A DNA stretch of 37,016 nt from an uncultured bacterium (GTDB lineage Bacteria; JAGOEH01). The DNA lies in contig CAZWDO010000001.1 of assembly GCA_964632485.1 (NCBI GenBank), positions 419,631 through 456,646 of the forward strand, given 5' to 3'. Position 1 is the stretch's first letter; each line of letters starts with the position of its first letter. The notes beneath the pieces are model-generated. The model worked only from the letters and a program-made list of their open reading frames with translations. It made no database searches and was not told the origin of the DNA. Positions 27,883 to 36,928 of the stretch are shown piece by piece. A program made the position numbers and the translations under genes.

Positions 27883-29139
27883 TTATCCTTGAAACCGGAG
27901 GGCATCCGAGTTCGCAAACAACTGAAGCTGGGGAATAGCGATTACAAACCCCCCCCCCCATTCACGGATATAGCTCAATTCTTCCATGATTTCTTCCTGA
28001 ATATTCCAAGGCAAGATCAACACATAATCCGGTTTAAAATCCCGGATAGTATCCGGTCTCACGATCGGTATTCGGGAACCCGGCAGAAACTTGCCTTGCT
28101 TATGGGGTGATTTATCCGCCACAAACGGCAAGAGGTCAGGTTTAACACCGGCATAGTTGAGAAGTGTATTACCTTTGGCGGCGGCGCCATAACCGCATAT
28201 CTTTCGACCCTGATGAACGTTTTCAAGTAAAAACGTCAAAAAATCATATTTGACCCGGAAGATTTTCGATGCAAAACTCCGATAATAGACTGCCGAACGA
28301 AATCCTTTGCGATCCTCCAGTTGCAGCAAATCCATAACGCGCGACGAGCTTCCGTAACGGAAGTTTTCGCTGTGACAGAGAAACAAGCGCAGCGATCCAC
28401 CATGAGTGGGAATACGTTCCACATCAAAAATACGGAATCCATGGGCGCTGAAAATCGTATCGACAGTCGTCAGTGAAAAATATGAAAAATGCTCATGATA
28501 TATCGTATCGAACTGGTTTTCTTCGACTAAATTCAGCAAGTGAGGGAATTCGAAAGTCATGATTCCTTCGGCATCCAATATAGCTTTTAAACCCTTGATA
28601 AAATCATTCAAATGAGGAACATGCGCCAGCACGTTATTACCTAATATTAAATCCGCGCGGTAGCCTTCAGAAACTAGGCGATGGGCTAATTCCATCCCAA
28701 AAAAATCGATAATTGTTTCAATACCTTTATCCATCGCGGCCCGGGCCGTGGAACGGGTGGGCTCGATGCCCAGTACGGGAAGCCCCCGCTCCTTGAAAAA
28801 CTGAAGCAGATAGCCATCATTGGAAGCAATTTCCATGACCTTTGAGGATGAATTTAAAGCGAACCGGTCGATCATCATTTCTGTATAGGACCGGCAATGG
28901 TTGAGCCAACTTGATGAAAAGGAAGAAAAATAGGCATAGGAATCGTTAAAAATCGCTTCCGCTTTTTGATATTCATCTATCTGCACCAGAAAACAGTGAT
29001 CGCAGACATAGAGTTTAAGAGGGAACCACAGCTCGGGCGCTGATAAATCGTTCTCGTTGAGGTAAGCGTTGGAGGGAGGATTGGTTCCCAGATCTATGAA
29101 CAGATTGGTTAAGGGAGTTTGACAGAAACGGCAAAGCAT
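27883..29139 (-). CDS. NDP-hexose C-methyltransferase
   Basis: CRFC..CDHC, EIASNDG, NNVLAHVP, FDTIYHEH, THGGSLR and GYGAAAKGNTLL motifs. Confidence 0.92.
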   Translation of the reverse strand: MLCRFCQTPLTNLFIDLGTNPPSNAYLNENDLSAPELWFPLKLYVCDHCFLVQIDEYQKAEAIFNDSYAYFSSFSSSWLNHCRSYTEMMIDRFALNSSSKVMEIASNDGYLLQFFKERGLPVLGIEPTRSTARAAMDKGIETIIDFFGMELAHRLVSEGYRADLILGNNVLAHVPHLNDFIKGLKAILDAEGIMTFEFPHLLNLVEENQFDTIYHEHFSYFSLTTVDTIFSAHGFRIFDVERIPTHGGSLRLFLCHSENFRYGSSSRVMDLLQLEDRKGFRSAVYYRSFASKIFRVKYDFLTFLLENVHQGRKICGYGAAAKGNTLLNYAGVKPDLLPFVADKSPHKQGKFLPGSRIPIVRPDTIRDFKPDYVLILPWNIQEEIMEELSYIREWGGGFVIAIPQLQLFANSDALRFQG

Positions 29140-29691
29140 TTAGGTGTCCTTTGAAGGGATGATATCCTGGAGAAAGGGCAGGGATTGATCGCGAGCCGAT
29201 ATATGACGAACCGGCAAGGGCCAGGCAACATTCAGAGCTGGATCATCGAAGCGGATGCCAAGATCTAACTCCGCCTGGTAAAAGGCAGAATGTCCGTAAA
29301 AAACTTCGCAGCTATCGCATACAGTCATAAACCCATGGGCGCAGCCAGGAGGAATCACCAGCATCTCGTCCACCTGTTCATTCAGCTCAAAACTTAGCCA
29401 ATGCCTGAAAGTCGCCGAACAGAACCGCAAATCCGCCACTACGTCATAGATTCTCCCTTTCTGACAGCGTACGATTTTGTATTCCCTGACATCCAGATTC
29501 ATGAAATGCAGCCCGCGCAAAGTGCCCTGGTGGAAATTCCGTGAAAGATTGAACTGCGCCCAATCACCCGGAAGACCGTTTTGAACGAATTCACGAGAAC
29601 AGAACAGACGCGTGAAAGAGCCCCGATCATCCTGATACGGCTCCAGTACGACATGCCACAAGCCGTCAATAGCCGTTTTCTTAAATTTCAC
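29140..29691 (-). CDS. rfbC: RfbC/RmlC-like NDP-4-keto-6-deoxyglucose 3,5-epimerase
   Basis: DDRGSF, GTLRGLHF, DVVADLR and IPPGCAHGF motifs. Likely start is GTG 29691, overlapping the rfbG stop. Confidence 0.88.
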   Translation of the reverse strand: MKFKKTAIDGLWHVVLEPYQDDRGSFTRLFCSREFVQNGLPGDWAQFNLSRNFHQGTLRGLHFMNLDVREYKIVRCQKGRIYDVVADLRFCSATFRHWLSFELNEQVDEMLVIPPGCAHGFMTVCDSCEVFYGHSAFYQAELDLGIRFDDPALNVAWPLPVRHISARDQSLPFLQDIIPSKDT

Positions 29692-30801
29692 AGACCCATT
29701 CCTGGGATTGCCGTCTGGCATCCATAACATAGTCAACGAGTTGGTCAATGGTCAATACACGTTTTTCTTCAAGCCAGGCTTTATACCATTCAACCGTACG
29801 GATGATGGTTTGATCTTCCCAAACCGGATTCCATCCCAGCAAATAGTGAGCGCGAGAGGCATCGAGCTGCAGCGTTCGCGTTTCCTTGTACTGAACGGAT
29901 GTTTCGACATCAAAATGAAACCGAAGCCGGGGCCAGAGGCTCTGCATTTGCTCAACCATTTTTTTTACTACAACACCTCGTTGATATAGTGGGCCAAAAT
30001 TCCAACTAACGCCAAAATCGGTATGGCCTTCCGCCATCTTTTTCGCTAGTATCAGGTATCCCGTCAAGGGCTCCAGCGCGTGCTGCCAGGGACGAATAGA
30101 AGAAGGATTACGGATTAAAGTGGAACTATCGTTCATGCAACCGCGAATCAAATCGGGAATCAAACGATCTTCTCCCCAGTCGCCGCCTCCAACGACGTTC
30201 CCGGCACGGACGGTGGCGATCAACGTCTCATGGCCCGCGCCATATTTTTCCGGAGGAAAAAAGGCTGAGCGGTACGATTGGACAACTATTTCCGCGCAGC
30301 TTTTTGAAGCGCTATAGGGATCGTTGCCACCCAGCGGATCATGCTCCCGGTATCCCCAAATAGACTCANNNNNNNNNNATAAACCTTGTCCGTGGTAATG
30401 ATCACAAGCGCTTTCAGTCCCGGCAATTGACGGCATGATTCCAACATGTTAAGCGTTCCGTTCAAATTGGTTTCAAATGTATTGACCGGTTCCCGATAGG
30501 ACCTTCTTACCAGTGATTGAGCGGCGAGGTGAAAGATTATTTCGGGTTGGAATGTCTCCAATTGCCGGTGTAGCCATTCAGCATGGCGAATATCTCCCCA
30601 GCGATGATCGCCCCCCGGATTTAAGAGCTGGAAATGGCTGGGTTGAGTAGGTATATCCAAAGAGATTCCCATTAACCGCGCTCCCATTTTTTCCAGCCAA
30701 TAATAAAGCCAACTACCTTTAAAACCGCTATGTCCCGTTACCAGTATCCGTTTATTTTCAAAAAATCTATTAAAACAATTTCGAATTACCAAATTTTCCA
30801 C
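29681..30801 (-). CDS. rfbG: CDP-glucose 4,6-dehydratase, split only by an assembly N-gap
   Basis: TGHSGFKGSWL, HLAAQSLV and TTDKVY before the gap; WGYRE..LGG.DPYSASK, RAGNVVGGGDW and RPWQH after it. Confidence 0.92.
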
Positions 30802-31583
30802 GGCGCGTTTCCTTCATTCCAGAGTTGATTTAAAACACGATGCTCACGACTGGTATCCATGGGCTCCCAGAACCCGTCATGCAAATACGCATAAAGCTCT
30901 TGTCGCTGGACTAATATATCCATCGGATCACGCTCCAGCATGACATCGCCACATACGTCCAAAATATCGAAAAAAGAGCGATTAAACACAAAAAAACCAC
31001 CATTGATCGTCCCCCCGCCCGCATCCGGTTTTTCATTGAACGCTTTTACCTGGCTCAGGGAACCGAGCTCAATGCTACCGAAACGGCTTTTAGGGCGAAC
31101 ACAGGTTACAGTGGCTGTTTTCCCATGGTTAATATGAAAACGGATTTGGGAATCAATGTTTATATCAGCTAACCCATCACCATAAGTAACCATGAAATAG
31201 GGGGTTTGCACATATTGTCGGCAGAGCTTGACCCGCATGCCGGTTTGCGTCTCCTCACCGGTTTCAGCAAAGGTGATATGCCAGTCACTGATATCAAACG
31301 GCGATAAATAGTCAATAACCTGATGTTGATTCTCGAAACCAAGTGAAAAATCTGAGTTCATAGCGCGATAATTCAAAAAAAAATTCTTGATCTCCCAGCT
31401 TCGATGGCCTAACGCCAAAATAAAATTCTTGAAACCGTAAGCAGCGTAGATTCTCATGATGTGCCAGAGAATGGGTTTTCCACCGATCGGGACCATGGGC
31501 TTGGGAATGTTTTCGGCGATATCGGCAATGCGCGTGCCTTTTCCGCCGCAAAGGATAATGACGGGGAATTCTTTGTCGATCAT
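30786..31583 (-). CDS. rfbF: Glucose-1-phosphate cytidylyltransferase
   Basis: ILCGGKGTRI, PKPMV.IGGKPILWHIM, TYGDG, INGGFFV and GFWEPMDT motifs. Confidence 0.94.
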   Translation of the reverse strand: MIDKEFPVIILCGGKGTRIADIAENIPKPMVPIGGKPILWHIMRIYAAYGFKNFILALGHRSWEIKNFFLNYRAMNSDFSLGFENQHQVIDYLSPFDISDWHITFAETGEETQTGMRVKLCRQYVQTPYFMVTYGDGLADINIDSQIRFHINHGKTATVTCVRPKSRFGSIELGSLSQVKAFNEKPDAGGGTINGGFFVFNRSFFDILDVCGDVMLERDPMDILVQRQELYAYLHDGFWEPMDTSREHRVLNQLWNEGNAPWKIW

Positions 31584-31766
31584 ATTTTTCCTTTAATTAT
31601 TATATGTAGTCCATCATTACCGCTTGACAATTTATTACCCGAGAATTGACGTGTCCTTGTTCATACAGCTATCATCCATTTTCTGATAACGATTGCCGGA
31701 ACAATTATAAACCAATATCTCGAATTGCTCAGTTCATCCACAGGTACAAGAACCTATTGGATTCTA

Positions 31767-32333
31767 TTAGTTTTCCATTTCACTAGGCGGATTGACCCGG
31801 ATCGGTTCCTCATCTTCATATAAAAACGCCATTTCACCTTCCAAACAGTGCTCATCCAGAAAATTTTTCCAGACATGGGATGGCAGGTCGGAATCAAAAA
31901 TCAGCGCCCCATGAGGGCTGAAGAAGCCGCCCCGGATATGATCGCGCATAGCGTCGAAAAACGAAGGGAGTTCGCGGCTATTTCCGGGCATGAAAAGCAG
32001 GTAGTGATGATCAAATACCGCTCCGGCATTGGTCCGGGTTTTAGCGGGACCGGGCTGCAACGGCTTGAACAGCAGGGGTTGAGCCCCGGCTGCGTAATCC
32101 GAGGGATTGAACAACAGATACGGATTCCAGAACGTCAGATAGAGCAAAATAATGATACTGGTTACAGTAAACAAACCGGCGATGACGACAATGGTGAGCA
32201 GCAGCAGCCACTGCATATTCGGCTGAAGGTTTTTCGCAGGGATCAAACCGGCGGTCAATACCGCTTCCAGAAATCCTAAAAATAGCCCGACGATTTGCAG
32301 CGGGCGTTTCATACTATCGATGCGCGACGCCAT
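31767..32333 (-). CDS. Hypothetical membrane protein (two N-terminal TM helices plus a small soluble domain)
   Basis: GGAGG RBS, 15 nt after the protease stop. Hydrophobic segments PLQIVGLFLGFLEAVL and WLLLLTIVVIAGLF..., then PYLLFNPSDY. Confidence 0.7.
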   Translation of the reverse strand: MASRIDSMKRPLQIVGLFLGFLEAVLTAGLIPAKNLQPNMQWLLLLTIVVIAGLFTVTSIIILLYLTFWNPYLLFNPSDYAAGAQPLLFKPLQPGPAKTRTNAGAVFDHHYLLFMPGNSRELPSFFDAMRDHIRGGFFSPHGALIFDSDLPSHVWKNFLDEHCLEGEMAFLYEDEEPIRVNPPSEMEN

Positions 32334-32348
32334 AAAACCTCCATAAGA

Positions 32349-33656
32349 TCAGCGTTCCAGCCGTTTGAAAAGCGCTTCAAGAAAGTTAAGCCAGGCGGGG
32401 AAATCCCGACTGAATTCCAGTTTAGCATAATGCTTGCGGCTTTTAGTAAAAAGCGAACGTTTATTGGGAAACCAGAGGGAGAGTCCCGTGCTGTGCGCGA
32501 CCGTTCGGTGCCGGTGAACATCCGCCAATACTGTTTTTTCATAAAATTTGAAGAATTGATCCGTAACCGGGATCATCGCGACGCTCAGCGGATGATCCGG
32601 CATCTTCTCCCGCAGATGTTCGAGCGTCAGCTTCACCAGGTCTCCGATATCGACGTAATCGCCAAAAGTGAAGGTTTGAACGCCATGTCGGATCAAAAGA
32701 CACACTTCCAGGTTCTCGGAGAGCAGCCTCGAAAAGAGCGTGGCCCATTGGTCGAAGACCGATGCCAGATCTTTCAGCCCGGCCGCGGCGATCACGGATT
32801 GCGTAATCGGCTCGTCCGGATACAGCTTATAATAGTCGCGATAGGCTTTGACATGGGATTTAGCCAGTTCCGGTAACGAAAAATCGCCCTTGTTCCCCGC
32901 GAAAAAAGCGGCCAATTTATGATACGGCCATCCCGCGAAGGGTTCTGTCTCTTCCGAGCCGAAAACGGCGCCGCATAAATCGCGCAGTTGGTAGGCGACC
33001 TCCAGCATATTCATGAGGCAGGCATCGAAGCCGATGATCGCCAGATTGAAGTTCGGTTGTTTTTTGCGAACCTTCAGCAGCGTTTTCCGTATTTCAAGCA
33101 AATCCAGCGAATTGCCGGTCATATCGTCCCAGGCAATGTTGCGGACGTGAGGCATTGGAGTATCCAGGGATAATGGTTCAGCCAGCATTTCAGGGTGAAA
33201 GAAAACCGTATGGCGCGCGAGGCCGTAGAGCCGGTTGGCGGGTTGATTGTGGCGCGGATTGGATAACAGGTATTTTTGCGATTCCGGGTCCACCTGCAAT
33301 TTCTCGAGGATGCGCCGATATTTGAAGCCTCCGCCATGATTCCAGATAATCAAGAAATAGTTTTCAGCGGGATAATGTTGCGCGCCCCACTCCAAAAACC
33401 TGGCCAGAGTTTTGGGATTGCCGCTATCGGTTTCGCCCAGTTTTTGGCGAATAATGGCATGGGCTTTTGCATCGGCCTCCGGCTGGCTGATTTCATAGCG
33501 GATCGTTTCCCGATAATATCCTTCACTGTCGAATTCCACCAGAAATGTCGTATCATCACTACTACCAATCTGACACAATTCGTCGATATCTTCAAAACCA
33601 GCCTGAGAGAGATTGTTGTCCCCGGCCATATAGATCATGACCACCCATTTTTTCAT
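32349..33656 (-). CDS. Clostripain-family (C11, clan CD) cysteine peptidase without a signal peptide
   Basis: WVVMIYMAGDNNL, IWNHGGG (catalytic His), GFDACLM (catalytic Cys), SEE and GWPY motifs; AAGGAG RBS before ATG 33656. Confidence 0.9.
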   Translation of the reverse strand: MKKWVVMIYMAGDNNLSQAGFEDIDELCQIGSSDDTTFLVEFDSEGYYRETIRYEISQPEADAKAHAIIRQKLGETDSGNPKTLARFLEWGAQHYPAENYFLIIWNHGGGFKYRRILEKLQVDPESQKYLLSNPRHNQPANRLYGLARHTVFFHPEMLAEPLSLDTPMPHVRNIAWDDMTGNSLDLLEIRKTLLKVRKKQPNFNLAIIGFDACLMNMLEVAYQLRDLCGAVFGSEETEPFAGWPYHKLAAFFAGNKGDFSLPELAKSHVKAYRDYYKLYPDEPITQSVIAAAGLKDLASVFDQWATLFSRLLSENLEVCLLIRHGVQTFTFGDYVDIGDLVKLTLEHLREKMPDHPLSVAMIPVTDQFFKFYEKTVLADVHRHRTVAHSTGLSLWFPNKRSLFTKSRKHYAKLEFSRDFPAWLNFLEALFKRLER

Positions 33657-33720
33657 GGCTTCTCCTTTCTTAGGTATCATGCGGGTTGAAACCTGCGGCG
33701 TTGCTGTTGGATTTGCTATT

Positions 33721-33876
33721 ACCCATGGATGCCGGATCGGTGTCCGGCATGACGCTGATTACTCTGTCATTCCGGGCTTGACCCGGAATCCACTGGTCAA
33801 CCATTCCTCTGTTATTCCGGGCTTGACCCGGAATCTATCATTTACCCATGGATGCCGGATCGGTGTCCGGCATGAC
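33721..33876. repeat. A-B-B-A cluster of REP-like palindromes
   Basis: Identical 33-nt ACCCATGGATGCCGGATCGGTGTCCGGCATGAC at 33721 and 33844 flank two GT(C/T)ATTCCGGGCTTGACCCGGAATC copies at 33766 and 33811. Confidence 0.9.
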
Positions 33877-33886
33877 CTTTCCCCAG

Positions 33887-35158
33887 CTATTTTATCTCCA
33901 GTACAACACCCTGAATGTCGATTTCCGTAAAAGGTACCGTGATCGTATTGCCAATTTTTAATGGCGTGCGATTGAATATCCAACCATAAGTATCCTTCAC
34001 GCATAATAAATTTAGAGTAAGATATACATGATAGGAAATCTCTTCCTGAAACGCTTTTCCGCGGAACCAACCGATTCCAATTTGCTTGCTGAGCGAATCG
34101 ACCCGGACGATCCGAGAGATCTCAATCCCCGCAGTATCTTCCATCACCAGCCCTTTACGAATGAAGGGAATCTTTTCAGTTAATTCATAGGGGATTTTAA
34201 ATTTAACCTCTTTGATTTCTTTGACCTCTATGACCCTTATGACCTCTTTAACCTCTATGACCTCTTTGACACGCAAAGGCTCTAAACGGCTCTTCACTGA
34301 ATACTTATCGGTAGTAAATGTAAAATTCGCATTCATGCCCATGGGCTGGCCGTTCCATATCAATGAAGCGCCATTCCAATAGCACAACATATCGAGACAT
34401 ACGCGAAGGCGATATCGTTTCAGCGGGAACTGGGTATAAGCGCTGGAATAGAGCTGCGCTTTGATCGAGTCCGTTTCTACCGTATCAATCGCGGTAATTT
34501 TGGCAATTTTCTTTTCATTCACAACCATTGTATCGCCAACTTTTATCCGCGGTAATTGTGCGGGATGCACCTGATAAAAAGAGACCGCTTGCTTCAACCA
34601 TAACGTATCGTCATAGACCGGCGGGGGAAGCGGAGGGGACGGAGGGGGCGGAGGATTATAGACCTCCACCAGGGCTCGAAATGTATCTCCCGCGAAATAC
34701 AAATCAAATTCTTTATGAAAATTTTCTTTATAATCATTTGTCGTAAAAATTATATCTCTGAATGCAAATCTGTTGGCGAGAACCTGGGCGCGAACCGCCA
34801 TATCCGCGAAAAGCTGAGTATAGGAGGAATCGGGTACGGCGATTTTCCCCCGCCCATCCCCGGTAACAATCGAATCCAGTTGCGGTTCCACTTTGTGAAC
34901 CGCCGTCAAACGCGCCATAACCTCCCCTGCCTGATTGATCTCCTCCAACCCGACTTTAATCTTTTCCGCCTTTTGCGCATCCAATTTTTTAAATACAACC
35001 GGCAATACCCTTTCCTCGATGGCCAATTCCGGTTTGTGTGTGAAGAGCTTGTAAGCAAAGTATAAAGTCGGCAGCAGCAATGCCAACAGGATCAGCACAA
35101 TCAAATCGATCAGATTGATAATCCCGAAAAGCTTTCCTTTTTTATCGATCAATGTCAT
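33887..35158 (-). CDS. DUF4330-like membrane-anchored protein with about three repeated domains
   Basis: LIDKKGKLFGIINLIDL plus a TM helix at the N-terminus; repeated (K/R/F)I(K/R)xG motifs; Pro-rich and VKE-rich linkers. Confidence 0.72.
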   Translation of the reverse strand: MTLIDKKGKLFGIINLIDLIVLILLALLLPTLYFAYKLFTHKPELAIEERVLPVVFKKLDAQKAEKIKVGLEEINQAGEVMARLTAVHKVEPQLDSIVTGDGRGKIAVPDSSYTQLFADMAVRAQVLANRFAFRDIIFTTNDYKENFHKEFDLYFAGDTFRALVEVYNPPPPPSPPLPPPVYDDTLWLKQAVSFYQVHPAQLPRIKVGDTMVVNEKKIAKITAIDTVETDSIKAQLYSSAYTQFPLKRYRLRVCLDMLCYWNGASLIWNGQPMGMNANFTFTTDKYSVKSRLEPLRVKEVIEVKEVIRVIEVKEIKEVKFKIPYELTEKIPFIRKGLVMEDTAGIEISRIVRVDSLSKQIGIGWFRGKAFQEEISYHVYLTLNLLCVKDTYGWIFNRTPLKIGNTITVPFTEIDIQGVVLEIK

Positions 35159-35169
35159 GGTCTTCCCTT

Positions 35170-35595
35170 TTAGCTGAATTGCTTTTCAAAATGTTTGGGG
35201 TTATATTGCGAGGGATCCTTGGCAATCCAATACGATGTCGCGCTGGGATCCGGTTTCCAGGGAAAAAAACGTTTTCCTAAAAGTTTGAAAATGAGTCCGA
35301 TCGGCGTGATAACCAGATAAAAAAACAAACCCAGGATCACATGGGTCATAATCAAACTCAAAACAGTGGCCAACGCCATCCAGACGACATAGAGCGTCTG
35401 GCTCAGGCGCGGAAATGTCAAGCCCGCTATCAGGAACAGAGCGCCGATCCCCAGCATCCAGCCATGGAACGGGTTGCCTTTCCAAAACATGATCCCGCCG
35501 ATGATGCCGAAAACAGCGGCGAAAAGAAAATTGAAGTCGCGAAGTTTTTTCGGCGTCGGCTGAGTATTCTTCTTCAAATTTTCCATGAAAGCCAT
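35170..35595 (-). CDS. SxtJ-family membrane protein
   Basis: KLRDF, WMALA, FFYLVITPIG, SYW and C-terminal FEKQF motifs. Confidence 0.82.
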   Translation of the reverse strand: MAFMENLKKNTQPTPKKLRDFNFLFAAVFGIIGGIMFWKGNPFHGWMLGIGALFLIAGLTFPRLSQTLYVVWMALATVLSLIMTHVILGLFFYLVITPIGLIFKLLGKRFFPWKPDPSATSYWIAKDPSQYNPKHFEKQFS

Positions 35596-35638
35596 AACTT
35601 AATTCCTTCCTGTGATAGATATTGATGAACATTGATTG

Positions 35639-35959
35639 CTATCTGCTGTATAGGGCTTTTCCCAAGCGTCGGATAGGGTCGAGCAAATCCGGATTCTCAA
35701 TTTGGTCATAAAGCGAAAGATCAAACGTATAGGGTAAAAGCAAATCGTCCAGCAACTGGCTTGCCCGTAACAGAATTTTCAACGTCAGTTCGTCGCCGGG
35801 CAACACGATATCGATATCAGAGCCCTTTTTATAGCAGCCCTTCGATCGTGAACCATAGACAATCGCCTGATTGATCTCGGGGATATCGCGAAACAGCGCC
35901 ACAATTTTTTCGATGGTCTGATTATCAAGGCCAAACTCCAGATGATCAGAGATGGCCAT
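35639..35959 (-). CDS. Minimal nucleotidyltransferase (MNT antitoxin-like)
   Basis: YGSRSKG...SDIDI and LDDLLLPYTFDL motifs. Confidence 0.88.
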   Translation of the reverse strand: MAISDHLEFGLDNQTIEKIVALFRDIPEINQAIVYGSRSKGCYKKGSDIDIVLPGDELTLKILLRASQLLDDLLLPYTFDLSLYDQIENPDLLDPIRRLGKALYSR

Positions 35960-36295
35960 TCAGCGGCTCTCTTTTATGAGCAATTCATCCATTCTCTGTT
36001 CAAAAAGAAAAAACAGCTCAGCATATTCTTCGTTGATCAATCGCCCGATTTCATTCGCCGTATCTTCATTATATGTATGGGAAGTAAGTATCCGACTCTG
36101 AACCATACGCATCCAGCCCTCGCCGTCCTGGATAAACGCGACGAAGTCCGTTACATAATCAACTCTGTCCGTCGCTTTCGTTTCATTCAGGATGATTCGA
36201 TCGTCATAAACCGCTATAGCGTCGAATTCCCTCATATAATGAGCATTGACATCGCATTTCTTCCGGCAGCGGGTAATGAAATGATGACAATCGTT
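35960..36295 (-). pseudogene. Chimeric remnant: PD-(D/E)XK-like fragment joined to the C-terminal half of a HI0074-type HEPN protein
   Basis: REFDAIAV..IILNETK followed in frame by IQDGEGWMRM..SRILTSHTYNE (Rx4H). The HEPN N-terminal half is absent. Confidence 0.6.
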
Positions 36296-36321
36296 TTAGC
36301 GCTTTTATCATTGTAAAGATC

Positions 36322-36582
36322 TCATGCGGAATGAAAGTTCCCCGCAGTCAATCTTTCATACAAGAATTCAGGCGAAATATCAAATCCGCATTTCCAAGCC
36401 AAAGTAGGCCACTCATCCAAATAAAACTCGGCAAATTTGTCTACATCACGTAATGGCTTTGCAATATCATATTTAAAAACAATATCTTTCAAGTTCAATT
36501 CGCCTTCATCGCCTGTATTGAATTTGATATAAACAATATAATCCTTGACATATCGGGCTTCAGTCAAAAATACGCATTCCAT
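36322..36582 (-). CDS. DUF2442-domain protein (putative antitoxin)
   Basis: ARYVKDY..IKFNTG, TLAW and DISPEFLYE motifs. Confidence 0.85.
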   Translation of the reverse strand: MECVFLTEARYVKDYIVYIKFNTGDEGELNLKDIVFKYDIAKPLRDVDKFAEFYLDEWPTLAWKCGFDISPEFLYERLTAGNFHSA

Positions 36583-36595
36583 TGGTTTAACTCAT

Positions 36596-36844
36596 TTATA
36601 CCAAGGGTTCGAGTTTTTTGAATAATTTTGTTTCCCACATAGACATCAATTCCTTTTGATGCAATTCCGCCCATTCCTCGACCAAACCTCGAACTTTCGC
36701 AGGGACGTAACCTTCAATAATATTCAGGTTGGCGATGCTCATGGTCGCCTTAAATTCATTGTAGCGAATATGGATATGAGGAGGGTTATGTTCTTCAAAA
36801 TACATCAGGATGACGATACCTAAAAATCTGCAAATTTCCGGCAT
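36596..36844 (-). CDS. DUF4160-domain protein (putative toxin)
   Basis: MPEICRFLGI...EHNPPHIH...EWAELHQKELMSMW. Confidence 0.9.
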   Translation of the reverse strand: MPEICRFLGIVILMYFEEHNPPHIHIRYNEFKATMSIANLNIIEGYVPAKVRGLVEEWAELHQKELMSMWETKLFKKLEPLV

Positions 36845-36887
36845 TCAATTAACCTTTCCTCAAATCATTAAAAAAGCTGCATTTAAC

Positions 36888-36928
36888 GGCTATTGATTAA
36901 ATATATAGCCCATTACTATATTTGTCAA
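36888..36928 (-). promoter_or_regulatory. Putative sigma70 promoter with an overlapping inverted repeat
   Basis: TTGACA (36928-23), 17 nt, TATATT (36905-00). The inverted repeat GGCTAT (36888-93) / ATAGCC (36905-10) brackets the -10 box. Confidence 0.55.

Noticed and set aside
29681-30801. rfbG as a frameshifted pseudogene
   Set aside because: The frame change falls exactly in the 10-N scaffold gap (30369-30378) and both halves are intact, so it is an assembly placeholder artefact.
35170-35595. SxtJ-like gene as evidence of saxitoxin biosynthesis
   Set aside because: The family is widespread outside toxin clusters and no other sxt genes are present.
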